Assembly (NCBI RefSeq): GCF_009914755.1
Contig: NC_060933.1
DNA length: 64,000 bases
Strand: one strand, 5' to 3'
Origin: the human T2T-CHM13v2.0 reference genome, Homo sapiens
Positions within the stretch are counted from its first letter, which is position 1; the number at the start of each line of letters is the position of its first letter. The notes beneath the pieces are model-generated. The model made no database searches, was not told the DNA's origin, and saw nothing but the letters and a program-made list of their open reading frames with translations. Shown one piece after another: positions 16,088 through 42,203 of this stretch. The translations under genes were made by a program, and so were the position numbers.

Positions 16088-16764
16088 CTGTAAATGAAAA
16101 AGAAACAAAGATGAAACTTTATTGAAGGAATTTAACATACAAAAATGTAAAAAAAAAAAAAAAAAACGAAACTGAAAGAATTTCAAAATTATCTCCTATG
16201 AGTTATAGAAGTCATTTAAGAGTTTTCTAGGATTCTCATCTGATTTACTTTTCTAGGTTTAAGATGTTAAAATTCAGTATATAATTACTAATTTACTCAG
16301 CTTAAGGAACGTCTTATCCTAGTAAATCCCACCCATATCAAGGGATATTATTGCATTTTAAGCATATGAGTTCCACATAATCTAGTTTTTTGGTTCCACA
16401 TAATTTGGGAGGTGGGGGGAGCAAGTCAAGGGGACACAAATATGTCCAAAATCAAATCACAGGTTACTATAACTACAAAAAATGTTCAGATTACTGCTTT
16501 TGTGTAATGAAAAGGTAGAATAGTAATTTATGTCCTTTAAAACTACTAGCTATTTTATTTTAAAAGCATATATCAAGGTGATTTAATAGCACTATTAAAA
16601 AACCTAAAAATTGATATATATTTATAGACTTAACATAAAAAATAACCCATAACAAATACATCTAGATGAAACAAATTATTGGCCTAGAAACAACACAGCA
16701 TTTCTGGAAAGGAATTATCAAGAGCAGAATGAGGAAAGCATAAGGGAATCTAAAGTACAAATAA

Positions 16765-18655
<1,891 letters not shown>

Positions 18656-18983
18656 AAAACTTGGAAATTTTAATATGTATTTGTTCTTTTAACCCCAAAA
18701 CAAAGCAACTTAATCACTGGCAGCCTACAGGGAAAAACTTCCTTGATCCTCAAAGGAAAACAATATAATCTTCTAAATATATTCTCTGATTTTCAAAGAA
18801 AGGCTTATTTCTGAAAGCAGTATTTGGGTTTTTTTCTTTTTGAAATTATTGCTATGGTAATATTTATCCTCACAGAACAATGCCCAATGTACTAAGGCTG
18901 AATTCATATGAGTCAAATAAAATGCTCTGTCAATGAACAAATAGCTGTTCATACGGTGAGCAACTATTCTGACGGGTATAGAC

Positions 18984-19170
18984 ACAGCGCTGTTCAATAA
19001 AATTTTCTGTGATGATAGTAATGTTGTATAGCTGGACTAACATGGAAGCTACTAGTCATATGTGACTGAGCACTTGAAATATGGCTAATGCAATTAAGAA
19101 ACTACATTTTCATTTTAATTTTTATTAAATTGCCACACATGAATAGTAGCTACCATACTGTACAGCACAG
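18984..19170. mobile_element. MER3-like DNA transposon
   Basis: cagcgctgttcaata...tactgtacagcacag terminal inverted-repeat-like ends. Confidence 0.65.
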
Positions 19171-19604
19171 GCTAAGTATTTTTAACATTTCCCACATTAA
19201 ATATAATGTGCTTTGCAGTTTATCTTCAAAAGTTTAGTGGATAGTAAAATTCCTTCTGTCTTCTCCATTTGATAAAAAATACAAATGATACTATAAACAC
19301 TTTTCTGGTAATAAGTCTCATTCTAAAATTTGTATTTTAATTTTCTAAGATGCAGTTCCAGATAACTTGAAGAGGTTGACCAACAATGGCTGAAATATGA
19401 AAATACTATTCCTGATCTACTGTAAGCCAAATCAGTTTATGTATAAGGAAAATAATATGTTTCAAGATGACTCAAACTACAAATGTCAGTTTTTATTTTC
19501 AGTAAGTTTTAGGAAAGAGACAAACTCAAAAATACAAAAAGATAAATTCTTACTAAAGTTTTATGGGGTTTTAATGACTGATTTTAAATTACTTTAAAAC
19601 CCCA

Positions 19605-20260
19605 AATGGTTTTAGTTTATTTCCAAACAGTTTTGTCCCTTCCAAAACTCATGTTGAAATTTAATCGCTACTAGGTGTGGTGGCTCACGCCTGTAATCCC
19701 AGCAGTTTGGGAGGCCAAGGCAGGCAGATCTCCTGAGCTCAGGAATTTGAGACCACCCTGGGCAAGATGGTGAAACCCTGTCTCTACTAAAAATACAAAA
19801 GACTAGTTGGGCATGGTGGCATAGGCCTGTAGTCCTAGCTACTCGGGAGACTGAGGCATAAGAATTGCTTGAGTCGTGGAGGCGGAGGTTACAGTGAGCC
19901 ATGACTGCACCACTGCACTCCAGCTTGGGCTACAGAGTGAGACTCCATCTAAAAAAAGAAAAAAAAAAAGAAGAATTTAATTGCCATTGTAACAATATTA
20001 AGAGGTAGGATCTTCAACAGGTAATTAGGCTATCAGAGCTCCACCCTCACAGGTGGGATTGGTTATAAAAGGGCAAATTTGGCCCCCTTTTGCTCTCACT
20101 CTTGCCATGTGATGACTCGTCAAGAAGGCCCTCACCAGATGCTGGCATCTTGATATTGGACTTCCCAGCTTCCAGAACTGTGAGCCAATAAACTTCCATT
20201 CATTATAAATGACCCATTCTCAGGTACTCTGTTACAGCAGTACAAAACGAACTAAGACAA
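19605..20260 (+). mobile_element. MST-type MaLR solo LTR interrupted by an Alu (~19672-19972)
   Basis: aaactcatgttgaaatttaat..., ggccctcaccagatgctggc, cagcagtacaaaacgaactaagaca. Confidence 0.75.
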
Positions 20261-20399
20261 AGGTTTACATTTTTTACATTCTACATGATACATGAATAAC
20301 TTTTACTTATTGTTTAAAAATTAGAAAGACATTTACAACTGAAGTATAAAACAGATGTAGAATAGTTCTTTTAGCATAATAGCATTGTATATACATTAC

Positions 20400-20523
20400 C
20401 TTCCGAATGAAAATCTTTTAGTGATACTGTGAGAGGTCTGTCTTTTCCCTGATGATTCTTTCTTTTATCTTTTTTATTCATAACTTTGGACTGAGTTGAA
20501 GTATTTTCAGCATCTTCATACTC
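20400..20523 (-). CDS. GKAP1: GKAP1 coding exon, codons 147-188 (ends phase 1)
   Basis: tttttag|GAG...GAA G|gtaatg; 124 nt; [41 protein letters not shown]. Confidence 0.95.
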
Positions 20524-21945
20524 CTAAAAAGAATTACCAACAACAATTAAGTTCAGTTTACAAACTGTAAAATAAACTCACCAATAGGTAATATGTTTCT
20601 TAAAGTTTATTTTTTAAAGATAAAAGGCAAATAAAAAACCAAAATTTAGGCTAGCCAAATTGTATAAAGAGATACCTCTTTATTCATTTACTCAATCCCT
20701 TACATCTTAAACATTAAAATGAAAACAAAAAAAGTCATACCTTGGCCTATAACCCCCTCCTCATTGCTACCTTCTACCTTTCAAGACCAAATTTAAGACA
20801 ATAATCAGCAATTTCCTGCCTCATCCCACTGAAATCTGGCTTCTGCTGGTCTCTGATACTAAAATTAAGGTCAATCTCCTCTTTATTGCCATATCCAAAA
20901 CACATTATTTTTTTCAAGCATCTCTTGGTTTTCTTAATACATTTCTGACTACTGCTAAGTTTCCTTTGCTGGCTTCTTTCCTCAACCTTCTCAAAAGCGT
21001 AGCGGTTGTTCACATTATCCCACTCTTAACCTATTTTTTTAATGCTTTATACCCACTGCTCTTCAATCTCAAAGTTTAAAGTTCTACCAATAAACTAATT
21101 ATTTCTGTATAGACAGACAACTGAACTGGAATGTTCAATAAGCATCTCCACACGAAATGTATTCTATCTTTCCATCTCACTACCCTGCCTTCCCCACTCG
21201 ATCCTTTATGAAGTACCTTGTTATGCCACCACCATGTGCACATCTGTCTAAGTTGGAAACCTCAGAGTATCCTTGCCTACTCTCCTACACACCTTACAGC
21301 CAATTAACTACTAGGTCTTGTTTAACTTATCTCCTGAAGATATCTTAAATTCATTCTCTGTTCTTTGTACATTCTGTCATTCCCCCATCTCCCTTTTGCT
21401 TGGATACTGCAACAGTCTCCAATTTTAGCTCCTCAATCCATCTTCTACGCTGCTACATGAGTTTCTAAAATGAAAACCCAAAATCAATCTAAAAGTTAAA
21501 ATGATTAAACAGCTTTCTGCCAATGGATGTATAAAACCCAATCTCCTTGCCTAGTACATGAAGAAATTTATGTCCTATCCTTCTGGCTGTATCTCCAGAA
21601 GTTCTAGGTCCTTAAATGACAGTTTTTCAAATATGCTATATTCTTTCACATGTACACATCTTATATACTTGCCACTCCTTCCTTCAGAATGCCTACTTTC
21701 CTCTTGTCTACCTCATGAACTTCTAACACATGTAATAAGACTCTTTAAAGAATCCTTTCCTAAAACCCATCCCCAACAAAGGCACTGAAAAGCCTTCTAT
21801 TATTCTGAATTTCCACTGCACTGAGAACATACATCTCTCAATACTATACACTATGTCTCCCTCCACTATACTCAAGGGGCACACTTTGGCTATTCAATAA
21901 TTATTTGGTGAATAACTGACAGAATAGAACAGAAAATGCTATCCC

Positions 21946-27156
<5,211 letters not shown>

Positions 27157-29552
27157 CTAATTGTAGCTCAGACTTTAAATCTACCTTTTAATTGTTAACA
27201 CAAACTAGTATACAAGAAAATGCAGGTAGACAAAAATGATTTAAATTTAAATTTTTGAAAACTAGAACAAATCTTCCAAAAATTTCATTGTATGACCAAT
27301 CAGCCATTAAGGATTCATTTAGAGTCTTCTAGGGGCTGTGCCCTCCCTGCCTATGGGGCTTAATTTAAAGCAGCAGCATAAATTTGGCTTTTGCCCTTGA
27401 AGAATTCCTACCCAGTTGAGGATGTAAGATTAACGTGTATGAACTACAGGAAATAGAATAAGACATTAAAAGAGCTACAAAAGTTGAGAAAAAGAAGATC
27501 AACAACAAATGTGATTCAGGAATACAGAAAAAAAATCCTTTTAAGTTGGTATTTAAATATAGATACAATTTGGATAGGCAGAAATAGAACTGCAGGAAGA
27601 GCCACATTATGTTAATGTTATAATATTAAGAATAGATATACTATGGGATACTAAGGAAAGTCATTCTGACAAAAAGTGAATTTTAAACATTACAAGAGAA
27701 AGATGTGGAAAAAACACAGGCTTTGGGAGATCACAGAAATTGATAATTTAAATTCCTATTCCACCCATGCTAGCTGTGACTTTGAACAAGTTATATTAAC
27801 TCCTGTGAATCTCAGAACATTTAAAAAGGACATTGGAATATCAACTGTACAAGGTAGTTTTAAGGACTTAAAGTTGTAATATGTATGAAGTACCTAGCAC
27901 AGTTCCTGGCATAAGAGCAGTACCAAATGAATTAGAATTACTCTCCCATGTTGGAGAATAGTAGAAAATAAGATTGCTTAGTTAGGGCAGCATAAGGTTC
28001 CAGACACTTCCTAAAATTTAAGGCTATAGGGCAGAAAAAAGAGGAATGCTAATATTAAATAAAAGTAATTTTTAAGATATAAACTGGAATATTAGAAGAA
28101 TGAGAACCTAGAATCAATGTGTCTGACTAAGCCATTGTAATCTCAGACAGCATATGGGCACCTGGACCAAAATGTAGCAGCGCAGAAAATAAAGAAGAGA
28201 CTGATCAAGTTTTGGAACACTGACAATATGAAGTGTGAAAGAATCAAAGATAAGGTTTTTGACCTTAGATAACAGGGAGAATGGTAGCACAAGACTAACA
28301 CATATCAGAAAAGAGAAAGAAAATGTGATTCAAAATTCTCTAAACATATCTTTATTCTCTATCAAAGACTGCTATAACTATAGCTGACAATCTACTTAAT
28401 CAGTAAATGTATAGGTAAAAGAGAGAGGGAGACAGAGACAGAGACTGGGCCTATAAGACAGGCTCCAGGCAATAAAATGCAAATAAAAGCATACTTTTAA
28501 AAAAGTACCTTGTTTAAGTTTGCGAATGGGAAGTTCCTTATTATTTTCTTTTTATTTATGGGAGTAGGAGGAAAGGAAGAAAAAGAGGAAATAGCAGGCA
28601 CTAAAATGCCTACAGAATTCAAGAAGATACTTACATGTGTCCAAGATGGAGTACTTCAGATCCCCTTCCTCTTGACTTCCTCATTGCCTCCTACTCCCCA
28701 TCTAGTAGTAAAACATTTTTTCTTCTATTTAAGCAAACCTATAGCTCAATCAGTTAAAGAGTATGAAGAACCAATGAAAAACCTAAAGGACAGTAAATAT
28801 TTTGGTACTAACATTTTTTAAAAATTAATTTGTAAGTCTAAGTACCATTACAATTTTACTCATTTAAATCCAAACAAAATAAATTCCAAATGAAGAGTTA
28901 GTCTTCAATTCTCATAGGCAACATGGAAATATAGTTACTATAAAACAAAAGAGATCACCATTCTGAAGACATCTAACACTTGCAGCCAACTGATTGGACT
29001 TAATAGCAGTGGTGCATAGTGGTCCCCTAACCCATTAGATTTTCAAAGTGTAGACTACATATCTTTCAGTAATTTGGAAGGCAAGATTATTTTCCCAGAA
29101 ATCTTACAGTAGTCTTATTGAACATAATTATTCTAAAGGTTGTCAGAGTTCTACAAAAATGACATATATAATTCACATTCATTACCACATTCAGTTCATC
29201 TCAGCTAATGTATTTTTATGTCTTCTGAGTGCTGTTTGCATTTACTAAGTCTGTATTTTTGTTGTATGCTTTATCACACCTCCAAGCAATAAAAATGGTT
29301 CATGAGTCACAAAAGAATTAAAAGTAGTAATGAAAATAGAACCGTAAATAATGCAACTTATAAAAACACAATAAATTTTGAAATTAACAGGACTCCAATA
29401 CAGTGAATATAGAATATAAACGTGTATGTGTTAGGATGAGAGTGATGTCACAAAAGGAGCAGAAAAGGAAAGTTATAAACAGAAAATTAAGATAATGAAT
29501 ATTTAAAATTTTCATTTGAGTCATCCATCTATTTGCTCCTAGCTACCTGTCA

Positions 29553-35712
<6,160 letters not shown>

Positions 35713-35888
35713 TTAAATAGTGAGAGATCGCCTAAGCAACTCTGACAACTACTTTGCTAGTCCTGAAAAATACAGGGCCTAGTCCACAAAGTAACATAAT
35801 CAACTAAAACAGTATGGGCCAAGCCACTCCCAACAATAAAAATAATCTGAGACAAAGTAGTTGAAACGAGAGAAAAATACTGAGAGGC

Positions 35889-37120
35889 TGTTATGAACTG
35901 AATTTGTTAAATTAAGTTTAGCCAGCAGACACTGAGCATACTGCCTATGAGTTAGCCCTGTTCTGCAAGGAGCAGTTTAAAAAAAAAAAAAGTTTAGCCT
36001 AAAGCTGCCTCCTTACGTTTTTTTTTTTGTTTTTTTTTTTTTGGCAGAGTCTCGCTCTGTCGCCAGCTGGAATGCAGTGGCACAATCTCGCTCACTGTAA
36101 CCTCCGCCTCCCAGGTTCAAGCAATTCTCCTGCCTCAGCCTCTCAAATAGCTGGGATTACAGTCACATGCCACCACGCCCAGATACTTTTTCTATTTTTA
36201 GTACAGATGGGTTTTCACCATGTTGGCCAGGCTGGTCTTGAACTCCTGACCTCAGGTGATCCCACCCACCTCAGCCTCCCAAAAGTGTTGGGATTACAGG
36301 CGTGAGCCACCGCGCCCGGCCCCCACTGCCTCCTTACATATTTTAAGTTCAACTTGAAAGTTTCTCCATACATAGTGAACTGTAACCTAACAATGTATAA
36401 ACAAACTATAACCTACTTTTGTACCAATCGCCCAGTTTTAGCCAATCACAGGTGGTCAACTGTCAAACCATGTTCAAATAAGGCAAAGGTGGAGCTGTAA
36501 CCAGTCCAGCTGTTTCTGTACCTCACTTCCGTTTTCTGTCCACAAATACTATCTGACCAACTGACAGCCCAGTTGTAGCTCTGAATCTATTCTGGTTCTG
36601 GGGGCTGCTGAATTGTGAATCGGTCTTTGCACATTTGAAGTGTTCAATTTAATTTGTCTTAAGTTTTTAACAAATTGTATCCTCCCTAAAGATACCTTGA
36701 AGCCCTAACCTCCAAGTGTCCCTGAATGTGACCTTATTTGGAAATTGGGTCTTTACAGATGTAATCAAGTTAAGATAAAGTCATGCTGAATTAGGTTGGG
36801 CCCTAATCCAATATGACTGGTATCCTTATACAAAGAGGTGAAGACACAGATACACAGAGAATGCCACATAACAACACAGGCAGAGATTGGGGTGAGGACA
36901 CAGCAAGCCAAAGGAATGCCATGGATTGACAGCTGCCACCCAGAAGCTAGAAGAGGCATGGAAAGATTCTACTCAGAGTCTCAGAGAAGGAATGGCCCTT
37001 TTGATCTGTGGATTTGAACCTCTACTAGACTCCAGAACTGTGAAAAAATAAATTTCCGTTGTTTTAAGCCACCAAGTTTGTGTTTTTTTTTTTTTTAAGG
37101 CAGCCCTGAGAAACTAATAA
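35889..37120 (+). mobile_element. MLT1C-like LTR hosting a nested MER57-like LTR (35905-36672), which contains an Alu (36018-36322) and a short retrocopy (35924-35989)
   Basis: TSDs: aatt (35901/36673), ctgcctccttac (36005/36326), aagtttagcc (35914/35990). Confidence 0.8.
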
Positions 37121-37159
37121 AGAGGATTTCAACTGAGGATCAACAATTTTAACTGTTAA

Positions 37160-37195
37160 TATTAGGTTGGTGCAAAGTAATTGTGGTTTTTACCA
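37160..37195. mobile_element. MADE1 (mariner MITE) half element
   Basis: tattaggttggtgcaaagtaattgtggttttt matches the Hsmar1/MADE1 TIR. Confidence 0.7.
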
Positions 37196-37884
37196 AATAC
37201 ATTGTTCTGCAAAAGGGAGTAAGATAGAAACACCACTGTAAGTAGCTGGTTTCTGATTTGGAAAGGACATTCAGAAGGAGATGCTGCTGGAAATGAAGCA
37301 CTGGTAGGTCAGCTACTGTTTGCTTTACAGAAAGTAAAGGCTTATAGAACTGCAAATGGCTGAAGTGGAAAGGGTGGATCCTTCACACTCATTCTGTTTT
37401 ATATTTTCTTATTCTCTAATATAAACTCCATTATTGCCTTATTTTCTGTTTCCCCCAAATCATCTTAATTCCTAAAAGAAAATAGTGGGCAATCAAAAGT
37501 TCTGAAAGATCTGACTTCTGAAAGGTTATCATCCAGTGAGGAAAGTATCTTTCCTTTAAAGTTACTGTGTGGATAGCATTTTAAAGAATATTCAGAAAGC
37601 AATGGAGATGGAAATGTAATAGAAAAAATAAACTGAAAAGGCTTTTTTCTAAGTCTTGGGACATTACTATGAGAATAAAACACTATTCTTTCATTAAATA
37701 ATAAAAAGAAAGGTCCTTATATACCCAACGGCTCCTTCTATTAAACAAAACACATACTAGAGTTGTAGCTCAGAATTTCTTTTAAAAACAATGGGCATAT
37801 TAAATGTTGGGCATTTAAGTAAAGCTAAGGATGTCTAGGAAAAAAGGGCCTTCCATACAGTTTTTACTCTAAAGAAAAGAAATG

Positions 37885-38810
<926 letters not shown>

Positions 38811-38907
38811 ACTAGTCATATGATTTTTGCCTATAACAGTAAAAAATAGGAAACAACCCAAATGCTTATCATGAGTTCAATTAAATAAAGTATGAAATAA
38901 CCATGTA

Positions 38908-41173
38908 GCTCCCTCTCCCCTCTCCCCTCTCCCCTCTCCCTCTCGGTCTCCCTCTCCCTCTCTTTCCACGGTCTCCCTCTGATGCCGAGCCGAAGCTGGA
39001 CTGTACTGCTGCCATCTCGGCTCACTGCAACCTCCCTGCCTGATTCTCCTGCCTCAGCCTGCCGAGTGCCTGCGATTGCAGGCGTGTGCCACCACGCCTG
39101 ACTGGTTTTCGTACTTTTTTGGTGGAGACGGGGTTTCGCTGTGTTGGCCGGGCTGGTCTCCAGCTCCTAGCCGCGAGTGATCCACCAGCCTCGGCCTCCC
39201 GAGGTGCCGGGATTGCAGACGGAGTGTGGTTCACTCAGTGCTCAATGGTGCCCAGGCTGGAGTGCAGTGGCGTGATCTCAGCTCGCTACAACCTCCATCT
39301 CCCAGCCGCCTGCCTTGGCCTCCCAAAGTGCCAAGATTGCAGCCTCTGCCCGGCCGCCACCCCGTCTGGGAAGTGAGGAGCGTCTCTGCCTGGCAGCCCA
39401 TCGTCTGGGACGTGAGGAGCCCCTCTGCCTGGCTGCCCAGTCTGGAAAGTGAGGAGCGTCTCTGCCCGGCCGCCATCCCATCTAGGAAGTGAGGAGCGCC
39501 TCTTCCCGGCAGCCATCCCATCTGGGAAGTGAGGAGCGTTTCTGCCCGGCCGCCCATCGTCTGAGATGTGGGGAGCGCCTCTGCCCCGCCGCCCCGTCTG
39601 GGATGTGAGGAGCGCCTCTGCCCGGCCGCGACCCCGTCTGGGAGGTGAGGAGCGTCTCTGCCCAGCCGCCCCGTCTGAGAAGTGAGGAGACCCTCCGCCC
39701 AGCATCCGCCCCGTCTGAGAAGTAAGGAGCCCCTCTGCCCGGCAGCCACCCCGTCTGGGAAGTGAGGAGCGTCTCCGCCCGGCAGCCGCCCCGTCCGGGA
39801 GGGAGGTAGGGGGGTCAGCCCCCCGCACGGCCAGCCGCCCCGTCTGGGAGGTGAGGGGCGCCTCTGCCCAGCCGCCCCTACTGGGAAGTGAGGAGCCCCT
39901 CTGCCGGGCCAGCCACCCCGTCCGGGAGGGAGGTGGGGGGCTCAGCCCCCCGCCCGGCCAGCCGCCCCATCTGGGAGGGAGGTGGGGGGGTCAGCACCCC
40001 GCCCGGCCAGCCGCCCCATCCGGGAGGGAGGTGGGGGGGTCAGCCCCCCGCCCGGCCAGCCGCCCCGTCCGGGAGGGAGGTGGGGGGGGTCAGCCCCCCG
40101 CCCGGCCAGCCACCCCGTCCGGGAGGTGAGGGGCGCCTCTGCCCGGCCACCCCTACTGGGAAGTGAGGAGCCCCTCTGCTCGGCCAGCCGCCCCGTCCGG
40201 GAGGGAGGTGGGGGGGTCAGCCCCCCGCCCAGCCAGACGCCCCGTCCGGGAGGGAGGTGGGGGGGTCAGCCCCCGGCCCGGCCAGCCGCCCCATCCAGGA
40301 GGGAGGTGGGGGGGGTCAGCCCCCCGCCTGGCCAGCCGCCCCGTCCGGGAGGGAGGTGGGGGGGTCCAGCCCCCCGCCCGGCCAGCCGCCCCGTACGGGA
40401 GGGAGGTGGGGTCAGCCCCCCGCCGGGCCAGCCACCCCGTCCGGGAGGTGAGGGGCGCCTCTGCCCGGCCGCCCCTACTGGGAAGTGAGGAGCCCCTCTG
40501 CCTGGTCAGCCGCCCCGTCCGGGAGGGAGGTGGGGGGTCAGCCCCCCGCCCGGCCAGCCGCCCCGTCCGGGAGGTGAGGGGCGCCTCTGCCCGGCCGCCC
40601 CTACTGGGAAGTGAGGAGCCCCTCTGCCCGGCCACCACCCCATCTGGGAGGTGTACCCAACAGCTCATTGAGAACGGGCCGGGATGACAATGGCAGTTTT
40701 GTGGAATAGAAGGGGGGGAAAGGTGGGGAAAAGATTGAGAAATCGGATGGTTGCCGTGTCTGTGTAGAAAGAAGTAGACATGGGAGACTTTTCATTTTGT
40801 TCTGTACTAAGATAAATTCTTCTGCCTTGGGATCCTGTTGATCGGTGACCTTACCCCCAACCCTGTGCTCTCTGAAACGTGCTGTGTCCACTCAGGGTTA
40901 AATGGATTAAGGGCGGTGCAAGATGTGCTTTGTTAAACAGATGCTTGAAGGCAGCATGCTCGTTAAGAATCATCACCACTCCCTAATCTCAAGTACCCAG
41001 GGACACAAACACTGCGGAAGGCCGCAGGGTCCTCTGCCTAGGAAAACCAGAAACCTTTGTTCACTTGTTTATCTGCCGACCTTCCCTCCACTATTGTCCT
41101 ATGACCCTGCCAAATCCCCCTCTGCGAGAAACACCCAAGAATGATCAATAAAAAAAATAAAAAATAAAAAAAA
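38908..41173 (+). mobile_element. Full-length SVA retrotransposon (young subfamily, D-F range), antisense to GKAP1
   Basis: CCCTCT/CCCCTCT head, antisense Alu-like domain, GC-rich VNTR (~39350-40650), SINE-R, poly(A); TSD aaccatgta at 38899-38907 and 41174-41182. Confidence 0.97.
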
Positions 41174-41987
41174 AACCATGTAATTAAATATTGTAAACTG
41201 TGGATTCATTTAAAATAACAGAGATCTGTATTTACCAATATGGAAAACTGCTCATGGTTAATTTTTTTTAAAAGCCAGTTATAAAACAGTCTATTATATA
41301 ACCCCATTTTCATTTAAGTATTAGAAGGATATATACATACATGTATATATTCATATAAATTTATATATGTGTACAGAAAACACATACCAAAATATTAATT
41401 GGTTATATCTCTGGTTATATCTATAAATGACCTGTTTCCTTTTAAGACTTTCCTATTTTAAACTTTATGCAATGAACACACAAACTTCCAGTCAGAAAAA
41501 ACGTACTTTAAAAATGTTCAGGCAGGGTGTGGTGGCTCACGCCTGTAATCCCAACCCTTTGGGAGGCTGAGGCAAGCAGATTGCTTGAGCCCAGGTGTTC
41601 AAGACCAGCCTATGCAACATGGCAAAACTCCATCTCTACAAAAAACGCAAAAATTAGCCAGGCATGGCAGTGTGTGCCTGTGGTCCCAGCTACTTGGGAG
41701 GCTAAGGTGTGAGGCTACCTTGAGCCTAGGAGGTTGAGGCTACAGTGAACTGTGATCATCCCACTGCACTCCAGCCTAGGTGACAGAGTGAGACCCTGTC
41801 TCAAAAAAAAAAAAAGATCATTACATTTGATTTTAAATATACACAAATTCACATCCATTCATTGAAGTAATATTTTCAGAGTACCTGTGGAACAGGTACT
41901 ATGGATACACAGGGGAACAAGATAGTATCTGTTCTCAGGATGATTACCATCTACTGGGAAAGCAGACAACACAGATAATTGTGTTAC

Positions 41988-42203
41988 CTCATTTGCTTCA
42001 CTCTGTTGCTGTTCCTTCTTTTTTCTTCTTTTCTCTCTTTTTTTCTCATTTGTAGTTGACTTGCTTCCTAAAGTTTGAGACTTTCCAGTATTTCGACCTT
42101 TACCTTTTCCAGGTTCAGAATCAGAGCCACTGCCACTATCCACTTGTAACAGGGCAAAACGAGAAGCGGTGGTGGGAACAGAACTAAGTACTGCTGAGGC
42201 CAT
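41988..42203 (-). CDS. GKAP1: GKAP1 first coding exon (exon 3; whole exon 41988-42246 including 43 nt of 5'UTR), codons 1-72
   Basis: Translates [72 protein letters not shown], recognised as the GKAP1 N-terminus. Strong Kozak context (acgATGg). Acceptor ctccccacag| at 42247, donor GAG|gtaaca at 41987. 216 nt, phase 0. Confidence 0.96.

Noticed and set aside
39350-40650. Regularly spaced repeats superficially like a CRISPR array
   Set aside because: SVA VNTR in a primate genome; no unique spacers and no cas genes
39022-41144. Many overlapping GC-rich ORFs up to 180 aa
   Set aside because: By-products of the SVA Alu-like domain and VNTR; no gene structure
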